Shown piece by piece: positions 23,900 through 35,899 of a stretch of DNA of 64,000 nucleotides. Each line of letters begins with the position of its first letter. The stretch's first letter is position 1. The DNA comes from Prorocentrum cordatum (Eukaryota). A program made the position numbers and the translations under genes. Below the pieces are notes generated by a model. The model saw only the letters and a program-made list of their open reading frames with translations, had not been told where the DNA came from and ran no database searches. The DNA lies in contig CAUYUJ010000270.1 of assembly GCA_963575745.1 (NCBI GenBank), positions 310,001 to 374,000 on the forward strand, given 5' to 3'.

Positions 23900-25360
23900 A
23901 TGGTGCGGATAAGGAACTGGGCCCCCCCTGAAGGAGAGGACGCTATCACCCAGATTTCACCCTGCATCAAACCACAGCTCAAGACTATCCTAGATGATGG
24001 CATTTACGAGTCGGTGAACATGAAGACTGGCGCTGATTCTGCGTACCTCAAGAAAATGGTGCCCACGTTGGTTGAGCTGTTCACGTTGGACCCTCGCGGA
24101 GCATATTTCCTCCAGTCAGATGTTCGGCGGGCGATATCAGTGGCATGTTCAGAAAAAGAGTTCAAGAGTTCATTGCACAAACTTTCGATGACAATGAAAC
24201 TTACAGAATATGCTACGCTCGAGCGCGTGGCTTACTCGATCAGGGTGATGTGCAGCCACGTTCGTGAGAAATACGATGCTTTCACGAGACAGCAATCCCC
24301 GTCCAAGGAATCCGAACTGTCCGAGGTGTTTGAAATCATCAGGCTGCACTCCGACAAAAACGACAGCACGAAACGAGTAGCAAGGACTGACCCTTTTTGT
24401 AAAACATGAACCCCCACTGCGACCGTAATGTCGTTGCCTCTCAGTTCACCCTCCCACTCATCCAACGAGCACTCTTGAGAGCGCTGAGTTGGATAAGTGG
24501 GAGGATGAAGCGAGAGGGACATGCATCACGGTCGCAATGTGTTCGCGTCTGTTCTCTCACGGTCTACCCCAGGAGCGATCCGCTCAACCCGTTCATCAAC
24601 TTCCGCGGGCAGGGGCCCCTGGACATGGAGAGCTCGGACGAGGAGCAGGAGGAGGACACGGCAGTTGTCTCGAGGTCGCGGGGGCCAACCCCAGGAGGAG
24701 AGCATGGAAGAGGAAGAGGAGGAAGGAGGAGGAGGAGGAGGAGGAGGAGGAGGAGGAGGAGGAGGAAGAGAGAGAGCGGGATTACAAGGAGGAGAAAGAT
24801 GAAGAGAGGAAGCATGAGGAGGGGAGGAAGGGCAGGTTGAGAGGGAAGGGGGGAAGAGAGAAAGAGATAACGAGTTCTCTCTCTCTCTCTCGCGAGAGAG
24901 AGAGAGAGAGAGATGAGGAGAGGCGGAGAGAGACGAGGAGAAAGAGAGAGAAAGAGAGTGAGAGAGCGAGCGGAGAGGCCCCCCAAGGTGGTTCGACGGT
25001 CACTTCGCATGGTCGCTGCAATCGGACGGCAAGACCGTGAAGGCGACGCTGACTAAAGGACCGCTGGTGTCGGCCTAGCCCCCTCCTCCTCCTCCTCCTC
25101 CTCCTCCTCCTCCTCCTCCTCCTCATCCTTCCCCCTCCTCCTTTTCCTCCTCCTCCTCCTCCTCCTCCCCCTCCTCCTCCTCCTTCCCCTCCTCCTTGTA
25201 CTTCCCCTCCTCCTCCTCATCATCCAACGCCTCCTCCTCCCCCTGTCTCCCTTCTCCATCCTCGTCATTCCCGTATTCCTCCCCCTCCTAATCTTCATCT
25301 TTCCTCTCTGCTTCCTCCTCCTTCTCCTCGTAATCCCATTCTCCCTCCTCCTCGTCCTCC

Positions 25361-25392
<32 letters not shown>

Positions 25393-26131
25393 CTCATGCT
25401 CTTCCTCCTCCTCGTTGTTTGCTTGTTTGTCAGGAGATCGCGGCTTCGTGGTGGCCACCCACGCAGACGGCGTCGCAATCGAGCTCGAGGTGCCCAACGA
25501 CAAGCTCGACGACGCAGGGAACCTGGCGCAGAGCAAGTCGCTATCCGACGGCTTGGGGAACGACTGCAAGGGCAAGGGCAGGGGCAAGAACAAGGGCAAG
25601 GGATGCCGCGGCGGAATGAAAAGGCCGTCGGCGGCGAGCGAGGGGCCGATCGCCAAGCGGCCTGCGGCCGCGGTCCCTGGCGATGAGGCTGAGGCCGCAG
25701 ATGGCGGCGGCGCTGAGGGCGCCGCTGCGTGTGATGGCGGTGATGGGGGCGAGCCTGCAGATTGTGAGGAGGCCGAGGAGGCCGTGGACCCTGCCGAGGG
25801 CGAGGGGCCTGCAGAGGGCGAGGAGATGGAGACGCCTGGGGACATTGAGGAGAACGCCCCGCTGAAGTTCCGTCTGGTGGTGGCATCCGCGCACAAGGGG
25901 GCGAAGTGCATCTTCGCGAACTACAAGCAGGGCGGCCGCAGCAAGAAGACGCAGATCGTCCAGGTCAGCCCGAGCCAGATCGGAGATCAGGACATCGAGA
26001 CCATCATCAGCGACATGAAGAACCACCTGCAGCAGATAGCCGACGTGTACACCGACTGCGAGATGGCAGAGACGTACGTCAAGCGGCTCAGGACGCACGC
26101 GCAGGTCAAGAAGATTGAGTACTGCAAGTAG
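23900..26131 (+). CDS. Element 1 gene A: hypothetical protein with KRPSAA/KRPAAA motifs and acidic tract
   Basis: Exons 23900-24384, 24573-24674, 24988-25058 and 25434-26131 join in frame through GA-AG, GT-AG and GA-AG introns. Confidence 0.75.
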
Positions 26132-26702
26132 TTCGGCGACCCGCCCCGTTCGAGCTGCTCGCTTTAGAGCACGCGGTGGGCGAGGTGAATTGATCGGCAA
26201 TCGAGCCGCGGAAACCATATCCTCCTGCTCCTCCTGCCCCCCTCACCTCACCGTTTCCTCATCGCACTCCGCCCCGTCCTCATTATCCGCGCCCTCCCCC
26301 TCTCCCCCTTCTCCTCCTCCTACTCCTCCTCGTCCGCCCCCCCCCCTCCTCCTCCCCCGCTTCGGTCGGTCCTGGGGCCGAGCCAAACAATCTACTGGGC
26401 TCAACTCGAAAAACATCCGCCTGAGGGGGGGTGTCCTGGACCTGCCCGTGAGGCTACACCGTCGCCGCGCGTGTATTACCTATAGTAGGGGTGGGGAGCG
26501 GGTGGCGCAGAAAGGGGCATGAGGGGTGAAGGGGAGAGGGGCAGATAGCACAAGGAGCGCCTCGGAAGACGGCGAGGAGGAGGCGCGCGAGAGCGATGGG
26601 GAGGGGGAGGGTGCCGAGGAGGTGAGGGCAGCACGACAAACACAAGAAATCCGAGACTGCCATGGGCTCAAGCTGGTCTAATGTAACTTCGGGCCCATTA
26701 GC

Positions 26703-28045
26703 ATGAAGCGGGCCAATGTTTCAAGCCCCTCGTGCAGGAGTCTGCGCAGAGCTATCCCCCATGGCGTCTCGGTGAGGACCCAGGCAAGGTCCGTCATAGT
26801 TTCTGAATCGCAACCTAGAGAGATCGTGGACATCGACAGCCAGGGATCAGCACCTGCCGAGGATGAGGCATCGGCCTATTTATAAATTTGGGTTTCGTCT
26901 TGCTCAATCCTTACCCTCGCAGTCGTGACCCCCCCCCCCCCCCCATCCCCCAGCACCGCCCTCCCCCCCCCTCAGGCAGGAGGCATGCTCGTCGAACGGC
27001 CAGCTGGCAGACCCTTCCTGCAGGGCTCGTTTCGACTTGAAGATCTCGAGAGCCCTGAAGCCGTTCCACAGCCTCGTGAGCCAGAGCCTCTTGATGATGA
27101 TGAGCCACAGCCTCGTGATGCTGATGAGCCAACGCCTCGTGATGGCGATGATGAGCCAGAACCTGGTGATCGTGATCCGCCAGAACCACGCGATGAAGAT
27201 GACCCGTGGTTATTCCAAGACAGGTGCCCCGACTTCTCGCCCCAAACCCAGAACCACACGCTCCCGTACTCTCCTTTTCGAGGCACTTCTTCTGGCGGTG
27301 AGCCCGCGCTAGTTCAATCCGACACTGAGAAGGACGAGGCCATCGCGAGGGCCCTGCAATCCGAGGAGATGCGGCACGCGGTTTCCCACCATCGCGACGT
27401 GAACCCAGACGAGCTCGCCTCGATCGCCCTCGCGAAATCTCTGCAATACGAGGACACGACGCACTGAGACAAAACGACGACCCGTGCCCCCTCACCATCA
27501 TCCTCATTATCATTCGTCTCGTGTGCTCTCTTTTTTTCCGCCAGCGTTTCCTTCCCCTCTCCTGCAATTCACCGTAGTTCAGTTCACCGAAGGTTGCAGA
27601 CCCTCCTCCTCCGACGACGGCGCCTCCTCCTTTTCCCTTGCCTCCTCCTCCTCCTCCTCCTCCTCCTCCTCTTCTTCCTGCATTCCATTCTCCCTTATCC
27701 TGCCCCTGCTCCGTTTGCTGCTGCTTCTGCTGTTGCTGCTGATGCTCCTCCTCCACCCCCTCATCCTCATCCTCTTCCTTCTAGTCGTCCTCCTGCTCCT
27801 CCTCCCCTTTCTTCCGAGTGCATTTAGGTCGGACCCGGCAGGAGAACGCCCTGCCAACGCCACGGACGCCACCTGCGCGCCGTGGGAGATCGCCCGAATG
27901 GTCGAGCCCAGGCGCGAACCCGTTCATCCACTTTAGGGGCCAGGACGACTCGATCGAAGAGGTCTCGAGCCGCGACGAGGAGCAGATGTGCGAGCAGGAG
28001 GAGAGCGAGGAGAACGATGAGCAGTTGGCACCGCAGGTGCAGTGA
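26703..28045 (+). CDS. Element 1 gene B: low-complexity acidic protein with MIU/UIM-like helices (structure uncertain)
   Basis: Segments at 26703-~26843, ~26976-27467 and ~27829-28045; EPxPRD repeats; DEAIARALQSEE and ELASIALAKSLQYED. Confidence 0.45.
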
Positions 28046-29008
28046 GGTATCATCAGGGCAGTTAGGTCCACAACGAGATGTTGTATTCGATTCAGCGGAC
28101 TGGGCTGCGGGGGAGCGGGTCGGGGGCGAGCGAAGCCCTCCAAGCTAGACCCACTTCCCACTGTCCCGTCCGCTGGGGCGAATACAACGTATCGCTGAGA
28201 CGCTATCTGCCCTGATTCGCCACGCCAGTTGCAGCGTCAAGACGCTCTGCCTGGCAAAGTCCAGGGACCGTGGGAAGGGTATCGATATCGAAAAGAGAAT
28301 GGAATCAGAACGGGGGAGAGGAGGAGGGCGGAGTAACAAGAAGGGAGGAAGGAGGGAGGAAGGAGGGTGGAGGAACGAGGAGGCGGGGGGGGGGGAGGAG
28401 GAGGAAGAAGAGGAACAGTTTGCCCCAGACACGCCTTTTGGGAGACCCCAGGAACCCTCTCTGCCCTGCCTGGGGATCCTCGGCGCTCTTTGGGCGCCGC
28501 CTGGGGCATCCTGCGCTCCGCCTGGGGCCCGCGGGCCCCGCCTGGTGCGCCTCAGGGTTCACTGATCACGGATTTTTTCACGAATCACGGATTTTCTCAC
28601 GGATCACGGATCACGGATTTTGTTTTTTTTGAGGATGTCTCGAACCGGAGCGAAATTCGTGAAATAATCCGTGATTCACGGATCAGGGATTTTTCACGGA
28701 TCCCGGCCTCCCGGGCCGCAGCCGGAGCCGCCGGGGGTAAGCCGGGCCCCAGCCTGGGCCGCCGAGGGAGAGTTGGGCCCCAGCCTGGGCCGCCGAGGGG
28801 GAGCCAGGCCCCAGCCTGGGCCGCCGAGGGGGAGCGGGGCCGCCAGGACGGGCTGAGCTCCTCCTTGCCTTCCTACGGCCATCCCACAGTCACCCACCTC
28901 TCCCTTTTTTGTTCCTCCATCCTCAGCATATTTGGGTCAAGTGCGACCTCGCACACGAGTGTGCTTCTTGGGCGTACGCACTGTGAGTCTCCACATTTGC
29001 ACTTGGCG

Positions 29009-30749
29009 ATGCCCGCTGGAGACAAAGCTCCAAAATCGGTGATCGCTGCGAGGGGAGAACTCCACAAAGCTGGCATCGACATTAACAGTACCTCAGCAGC
29101 AGACATTCGGAAGCTCTCGGACACCGCCATCAACAGCTTGTACAATGCCATGCGGCACACGCTGCGCTCCAAGAACCCCACGTCCTTCGCCGAGTACGGC
29201 AAGTGCAAGAGTGACGAAGAGAGGCACGAGTGGCTCGCGCGCTTTGTGATCGATCCGAAGAGCGGCGGCTGCAAAGCATATTCGACAACCACAGTTCAGA
29301 AAGGGAGGTCCGACGAGAGCACGACCTCTTGGTGCACGATTTCGCAGCTTGCTGGACCAGAGTGGTTCAACGACCTGCAGCACGCCAAGCTCGTCGCCGA
29401 GAGCGGTGAGCTCAAGTCTAGGCCGTCAAGGTACCGCAATCAAAAAAATCCTGCTCATAATCCTCCTTCCCTCCTTCCCTCCCACCTCCCACCTCCCCCT
29501 TGTTCCCAGTCCTCCCCCCGTGTTTCGAGGTACAGGGCTCTCGCCCAGGAAGGGATCTGCGAGTACGAGATCTCGAAAGAGATCATGAGGAAAATCGAGT
29601 CCGTGACAGAGGAAGCTGCCGTGGTGATCGAGGCTGGGCCCCTCCTCCCTCTTCCTTCTCCCCCTCCTGTTCCTCCTCATCTACCTCCGCCTCCTCAAAG
29701 CCCCTTCCGCTTCCTAAACAGGCTGAGATGACCCCCGAACAGTACACTACCGTGCAGGCCAGCATGGCCCAGAGCTTGAGCGGTGCCAAGGTCCCTGCGA
29801 TCGAGGATGACCCCACGGCGAGGAGCAGCAAGAGGAGGAGGCAAGCTTTGCCTGCGAGCCCGCCCGAGCCGAACGCCAGCCCCGAGGTGAAAAAACAGAG
29901 AGAGGAGGCGGAGGCCCACAAGAAGAGGATCGGCACCAAGAACACCGCGCTGGCCGCCCTGAAAAAGTATTACGACTCCGTCAAAAATGAGCTGGATGAC
30001 ATCGGTTTCATCAAGAGAGCCCTGGTCGAGCGCCAGTTCCCCGAGGTGATGGGTGCTTTCCTCCAGAACCAGGTGGACGGATTCTTGAACGACTTGAAGC
30101 CCCTCCAGGACTGCCGCGGGGGCGGCTAGGGACTGGGCGGAGGCCGAGGGAGAGGAGGGAGAGGAGGGAGAGGAGGAGGGGGAGGAGGAGGAGGAGGAGG
30201 AGGAGGAGGGGAGGAGGAGGAGAGGAGGAGGAGGAGGAGGAGGGAGGGAGAGGAGGGGAGGAAGAGGAGGAGAGGAAGAGAGGAGGAGGAGTGGGGGAGG
30301 AGAGGAGGAGGGAGGATGTTGGACGCAGACCTAGGATATCTACGTGTTGGTAGTAAGGGCACCCGCGAGGCCGACTGGGACGACACCATGTTGACGGCTC
30401 TCCAGACGGAGATCGCCGAGGCCAAGACCGAGTTCCAGGTCCGCAAGAACCAGGGCGGGGTGCAGGACGCGGGCTACGACAAGTGGTACAAGGACTCGGG
30501 GGCCGTCGCCGTCCCCCCTCCTCCTCCTCCTCCTCCTCCTCCTCCTCCTCCTCCTCCCCCTCCCCCTCCCCATCCTCCTCCTCCTCCTCCTCCGCCTCCT
30601 CCTCCTCTTCCTCCTTCTCCTCTTCCTCCTCCTCATCCTCCTCCTCCTCTTCCTCCCCCTCCTCGGTCTCTTCCGCATCTTCCTCCGCCCCCTTCCTAGT
30701 GTAGGAGACGTGGATGGACATGAAGAAGATGTGCGGCCCGAAGAGCTAA
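29009..30749 (+). CDS. Element 1 gene C: hypothetical helical protein (WCTISQL motif)
   Basis: Exons 29009-29430, 29530-29632, 29722-30108, 30335-~30492 (one apparent frameshift) and 30705-30749; GT, GC and GA donors. Confidence 0.7.
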
Positions 30750-31303
30750 GGCGAGAGCACGATCCTCGCAACAGTCGCAGAAGCTCGAATATGTAAGTTT
30801 GGTTTTTCGAAGTCCAGGCCCAAAAGGAACCCCTCGGTATATATAGATATGTGTGTGTATACAAACAGTTTCTGCGACAGTTTCTGGATCTCAGTGGGCA
30901 CGCGAGGTCAGGGGCATGCGCCTCGCTTGCTCGATCTTCACGCGCGGCGCCATTCGACGTAGTGGCGATCTTTCGCACAGGAACGTTTGCCTCCAACTCC
31001 CCAGGAACGTATGCTCTATGCTCCCCGACTTCCTGTCACGTTCCTGTGCTCCATAGCTTTTGGCCCAGTGTTTCACAACAGGCCTTTTTTGGGACACCCT
31101 CACGACTGCACTCGAATCGCATGCGGGATGCGCGGTGGAGTGCGGCAACGATTGGGACTTCCTGCGGACGGACACGAGGCTTCGAGAGAGCCCAAGAGGT
31201 TCACATACAGTAAACGCCGACCTACCCCTCCCCCACATACCAAACAGGCAACAAAACATTAACACCACAACAAATCAAACAGGGGGTACGTAACACATGG
31301 GAC

Positions 31304-33450
31304 ATGGGGGGTAAGTCCGCCGAGACCCTGAGGTCCTGCTCAGGAAAGTGGCTCACCAACGCATTTTGCTCAGGTAAGCTGCCAGCTACAGAAGTTACGG
31401 ACGCTGCCAGAGCAATGTCCTCGGACGTGTCCATCGCAGTTGTGGACAATTTCGCGCGAGCTGGTGCTGGCGGCAAGCACCGAAGGAACTCTTACAGGTG
31501 TGCGTTTTATTTTTCCTCTCCTCCTCCTCCTCCTCCTTATCCTCCTCCCCCTCCTGCCTAAGTCCTCCTCCTCTTAACCCTCCTCCTCCTCCTCTTCCTC
31601 CTCCAACTCCTCCTCCTCCTCCTCCTCCTCCTCCTCCTCCTCCCCCCGCCCCCCCCCGCCTGGCCGAAGGTGGGTGGGTGGGGGGGGGGGCGGGAAAACA
31701 ACGGCATCCCAGAGACCTGATGCGCCGTTTATCACGAACATCGAAGTTCCCGCCCGTGTATCAAGCGGAGGCCGTGTTCTGGGACCCCGTCACGTGCACA
31801 AAATACAAGGCCCCGATGCATTTCATATTGCCCTACGAGATCCTGGAGGCAATTATTCCTGAGGGCGAGGAGGAGTTGTGGTCGCAGTGGTCCGAGAGCA
31901 AACCTGGAGCAGAGAAATCGTTTAATGATCTCCGCACGTCTTTGGGATTAGATGAGCTCGACAACGGGCTGGCCCCGATCGGGGCCTTCGGTATCTGGGG
32001 CGACGCGGCCCCTTACAAGCATAGGGACTCGTTATTTTTGTGGCTGTGGGACCTGAAGACGGGCCCCTGTCGCCAAAGGTTTTGGTTTTGCGTGCACCCC
32101 AAACGGTCAGTTTGCAATTGTGGTTGCTCGGGCAGGCACACGTTTGAAACTATTTGGCAAGTGCTCAGGTGGGTGACTCTCACTTTTATTTCTGGCAAGT
32201 TCCCGTCGCACCGTCACGATGGCCAGCCGTTCTCGACATCTAAGTTTAAAGGAGATTCTGTTAGAGCACGTCGGTGCAACGAGTTTCTTCGGTTCAGGGC
32301 GCTCTGCTGTCAGTGCAGAGGCGACTGGAGCTGGTTAAAACAAGCCCTGGGCCTCAGAGGTTGGCAGGGCAAGCTGCCAGGCACGCAGTGCTGTTTTAAG
32401 TGCGCCTGCGTTCGGCGGGACATAGGCGATGCTTCAGTGAACGCCGAGTGGCGGGGGACTTTGTATTCCCATGCAGATTTTCTAGATGAGGCGCTGGCTG
32501 GGAAATCGATGCTAGTTGGCCTCTTCAGCATACCTGGTTTTCGCCTGGAGTTTATCGTGGCGGACGTCATGCACACCGTCTGCCTGGGGATCGCCCAGGC
32601 TGCCCTCGGCAACGTATATTGGGAGCTGTTCGTGTCCCTCGGAGGTGTATACAAAACGCCCCAGGTCGCTCTGGGAAAGTTGCTGAGTCTGATAAAGTTG
32701 GGTGCCCGAACGGTTCAAATCGACATGCCAATCAATCAACTTACGATTGGGATGGTCAGAAGCTCGGAATCATCAGCTCCGAAATTCAAGCTCAAGGCAC
32801 CCGGTGTTTAACCAGATTGCCCGCGTGAGGGCGAGGGTAGGAGGAGCGGAAGGAACGGTGGGAGGGGGAGGGAAGGAGGGCGGCACACAAGGACGGGACC
32901 CACCCACTCACCCCCCTCGTTTCTTCACCCAACCTGTCTGATGTTCCTCCCGTGTCTTGGCTTACTCCCCCCAGCTCCCCAGGCAGCAGAGACCAGGCGC
33001 ATGGTCCCGATAACGGTCTGCATGCTGAACAATTTTTTCGATAAGAAGACCTCTCACGATCGGAATCGACATGACTGTATCGATGCTCTGTCACGCTTTT
33101 ACGAAGAGATGAAACATTGGGACCCCGACTCGTCCCACGTGAGGATCGGCCTCGCTGCTCGGCAACACCTTTCAATGTATTCAGAGTTGCACTCTGAAGC
33201 TAAACGTTTGAATGATGACACGGTTTTTTGGAAGCTGTATCCTAAACATCATGTGTTTGTCCACTGCGCAGAGGACCAGATCGAGTCCCACGGAAATCCA
33301 TCGGACCACTGGTGTTACGGCGACGAGAGCGAGATAGGCGGTGCCACAGAACTCGCTCGGCACGCGCATCCCCGCACGATTGCGACGTCGGTGATCGACC
33401 GCTATCGTTGCGGCGAGCTCTGGGAGCAAGAGCCTGCGCCAAGCACGTAA
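31304..33450 (+). CDS. Element 1 transposase, CACTA/EnSpm- or Plavaka-like DDE, apparently intact (581 aa)
   Basis: Exons 31304-31497, 31713-32796 and 32983-33450 total 1746 nt in frame. Motifs: IWGDAA, CRGDW, CCFKC, ADVMHTVCLG, KLKAAETR, WKLYPKHH, NPSDHWCYGDE. Confidence 0.8.
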
Positions 33451-35260
33451 AAATAACAACAAGACCATTCAACATAAAAAAAAAAACACAACAACAATAG
33501 AAGAATACGTGCTTGGCCAGTCCCGAGTTTTTTTGGCATGGACTGCGGCTGGTGACCCGCGAGTTGGCGTGAAATGTTTCCTTCGCTCGCTTTCCTGCCC
33601 CCCTGTCCCTGCCCCTCCTCCTTCCCCTTCTCCTCCCGTTCCTTTTGCCCCTCCTCCTAATCTTCTTTTTCTTCTTCTTTTTCTTATTCTTCTTCTTCTT
33701 CTTCTCATTCTTTCTTCTCGTCCTCATTCTCGCCCTCGCTCCTCGCACTGCCCCGCCCTCCGCTCGCCCCAAAGAGAGCGCCGACAGGACGACGAGAGGA
33801 GAAGGCGAAGGAGACGACGACGAGACAACAAGAAAAAACGGCACTACGACAACACCACTACGGCCACAACCGCCCACGGCACTACGCCACTACGAGACAA
33901 CAAGAAAAACGGCACTACGGCACTACGACAACACCACGACGACGGCGACGACGAACACGACAGCTTGCCGCCGCCCAGCGAACAGGCCCGCCAAAACGCT
34001 ATTCCAGCCGCTTGCGCGGATTCCGCCACCCTCATTCCGATCGCTGCCGCGCCTGCCGATTGACCCCGAACGATTCGTTTGCGAGGAATATATACCGTAG
34101 CACCCCGCAATTGCGGATAAGAGTGAGAAGGCGGGCGCGGGCGACGCGGGCGTCGTCAAGCTGGCGGACCTCGTGGCCCCCACCTTCCCTGTCGATGGCG
34201 CTCTCCTCCTCCTCCTCCTTCTCCTCCTCTTCCTCCTCCGCCTCCTCCTCCTCTTCCTCGTCCTCGTCCTCGTCCTCATCGTCATCGTCGTCCTCCTCCT
34301 CCACCTCGTCCTCCTCCTCCTCCTCCGCTTTTTCCTCGTCCTCCCTCTGCCCCCCTCGTCCTTCCATCATCGTCCTCCCATTGTCGTCATGTTCCTCCTC
34401 GTCGTCCTCCTCCTCTTCCCCCCCTCCCGATCCTCCCCCCTCCTCCTTTTCGTCGTCGTCGTCGTCGACGTCGTCGTCGTCCCCTTCCTCGTCCTCCTCC
34501 TCCTCCTCCTCCTCCTCCTCCTCATCCTCATCCTCCTTCTCCTCCTCGTCCTCCTGCAAAAGCAGCCCGCCGCAGGCGCCGAAAAATTTGGTTTGTACAC
34601 TGAACGTGGTTTGGGTCGCGGGTGGGCCGCGGGTTCTCCACCGGGAACGAATGCAAAAGATGCCCGCCGCAGGCGCCGAAAAATGTAGTTTGTACCCTGA
34701 ACGTGGTCGCGGGTGGGCCGCGGTCTCTCCACCTAGAACAAATGCAAAAGATGCCCGCCGCAGGCACCGAAAAATGTGGTTTGTACCCTGAACGTGGTTT
34801 GGGTCGCGGGTTGGTCGCGAGTTGATCGCGGGGTGGGTCGCGGGCTCTCCACCTGGAAGGAATGCAAAAAAAGCCCGCCGCAGGCGCCGAAAATGTTGGT
34901 TTGTACCTTGAACGTGGTTTGGGTCGAAGGTGGGTCGCGGGTGGGTCGCGGGGTGGGTCGCGGGTGGGTCGCGGGTGGGTCGCGGGTGGGTCGCGGGTGG
35001 GTCGCGGGTGGGTCGCGGGGTGGGCCGCGGGCGGGTCGCGGGGTGGGTCGCGGGTGGGTCGCGGGTGGGTCGCGGGTGGGTCGCGGGGTGGGTCGTGGGG
35101 TGGGTCGCGGGTGGGTCGCGGGTGGGTCGCAGGGTGGGTCGCGGGGTGGGTCGCGGGGTGGGGGTCGCGGGTGGGTCGCGGGTGGGTCGCGGGTGGGTCG
35201 CGGGTGGGTCGCGGGGTGGGTCGCGGGTGGGTCGCGGGGCGGGTTGCGGGTGGGACGACG

Positions 35261-35308
<48 letters not shown>

Positions 35309-35411
35309 CGAATCCGCACCGCGGAATCTCACTTCAGCCACGCACCCAGGGACAATGAATGACCGTTCGGCCCCCTCACTCTGATATATATATATATATG
35401 TATCGTACATC

Positions 35412-35461
<50 letters not shown>

Positions 35462-35899
35462 GTATATATTATATATATATATATATATGCACATGAAAGA
35501 AAACGAAATCCGTGAAAAATTCCAGATTCGTGAAAAATTCAAGATTCGTGAATTCACACATTCACAACATAATGTTAGCCCACAATATTATTGGAGGACC
35601 CACAATAATATTCATACCCCACATTGACATTTTGAGAACCGACAATAATTTTAGGAGATTCAAAACGAAAGCCGGTTTACAGGAATTCCCGGAGTTTGGA
35701 TGCTCTGGGTACTTATAGTTCGGTTCGCTGCAATCCTGGCTCCAGGATTTCAGGATCTGCCGGTAGATCCCGGGAGAGGCGATGCGCCCGGCGGCTCCCG
35801 CCGATTTCCAGCAGCGCGCAGCTGCGGCGTCGGCGGCGCTCCGTTTCGCGAGACGGTCGAGGCCTTCGAACTCCGCCACTTGCTTCCCAGTCGGCGGGC

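Larger units (their letters stand above)
21937..35383 (+). mobile_element. 13.4-kb DNA transposon with 1.1-1.3-kb TIRs and four genes (element 1)
   Basis: TIRs at 21937-23067 and 34102-35383 (CAGAGTGAGGGGGCCG...CGGCCCCCTCACTCTG), flanked by (AT)n on both sides. Confidence 0.9.
21649..35709. mobile_element. MITE-like TIR element with TA target duplication (about 0.6 kb native)
   Basis: TA|CCCAGAGCATCCAAAC...GTTTGGATGCTCTGGG|TA; imperfect inverted similarity continues for about 70 bp; internal CACAATA(A/T)TAT and ATTCGTGAAAA repeats; split at its (TA)n tract. Confidence 0.8.
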
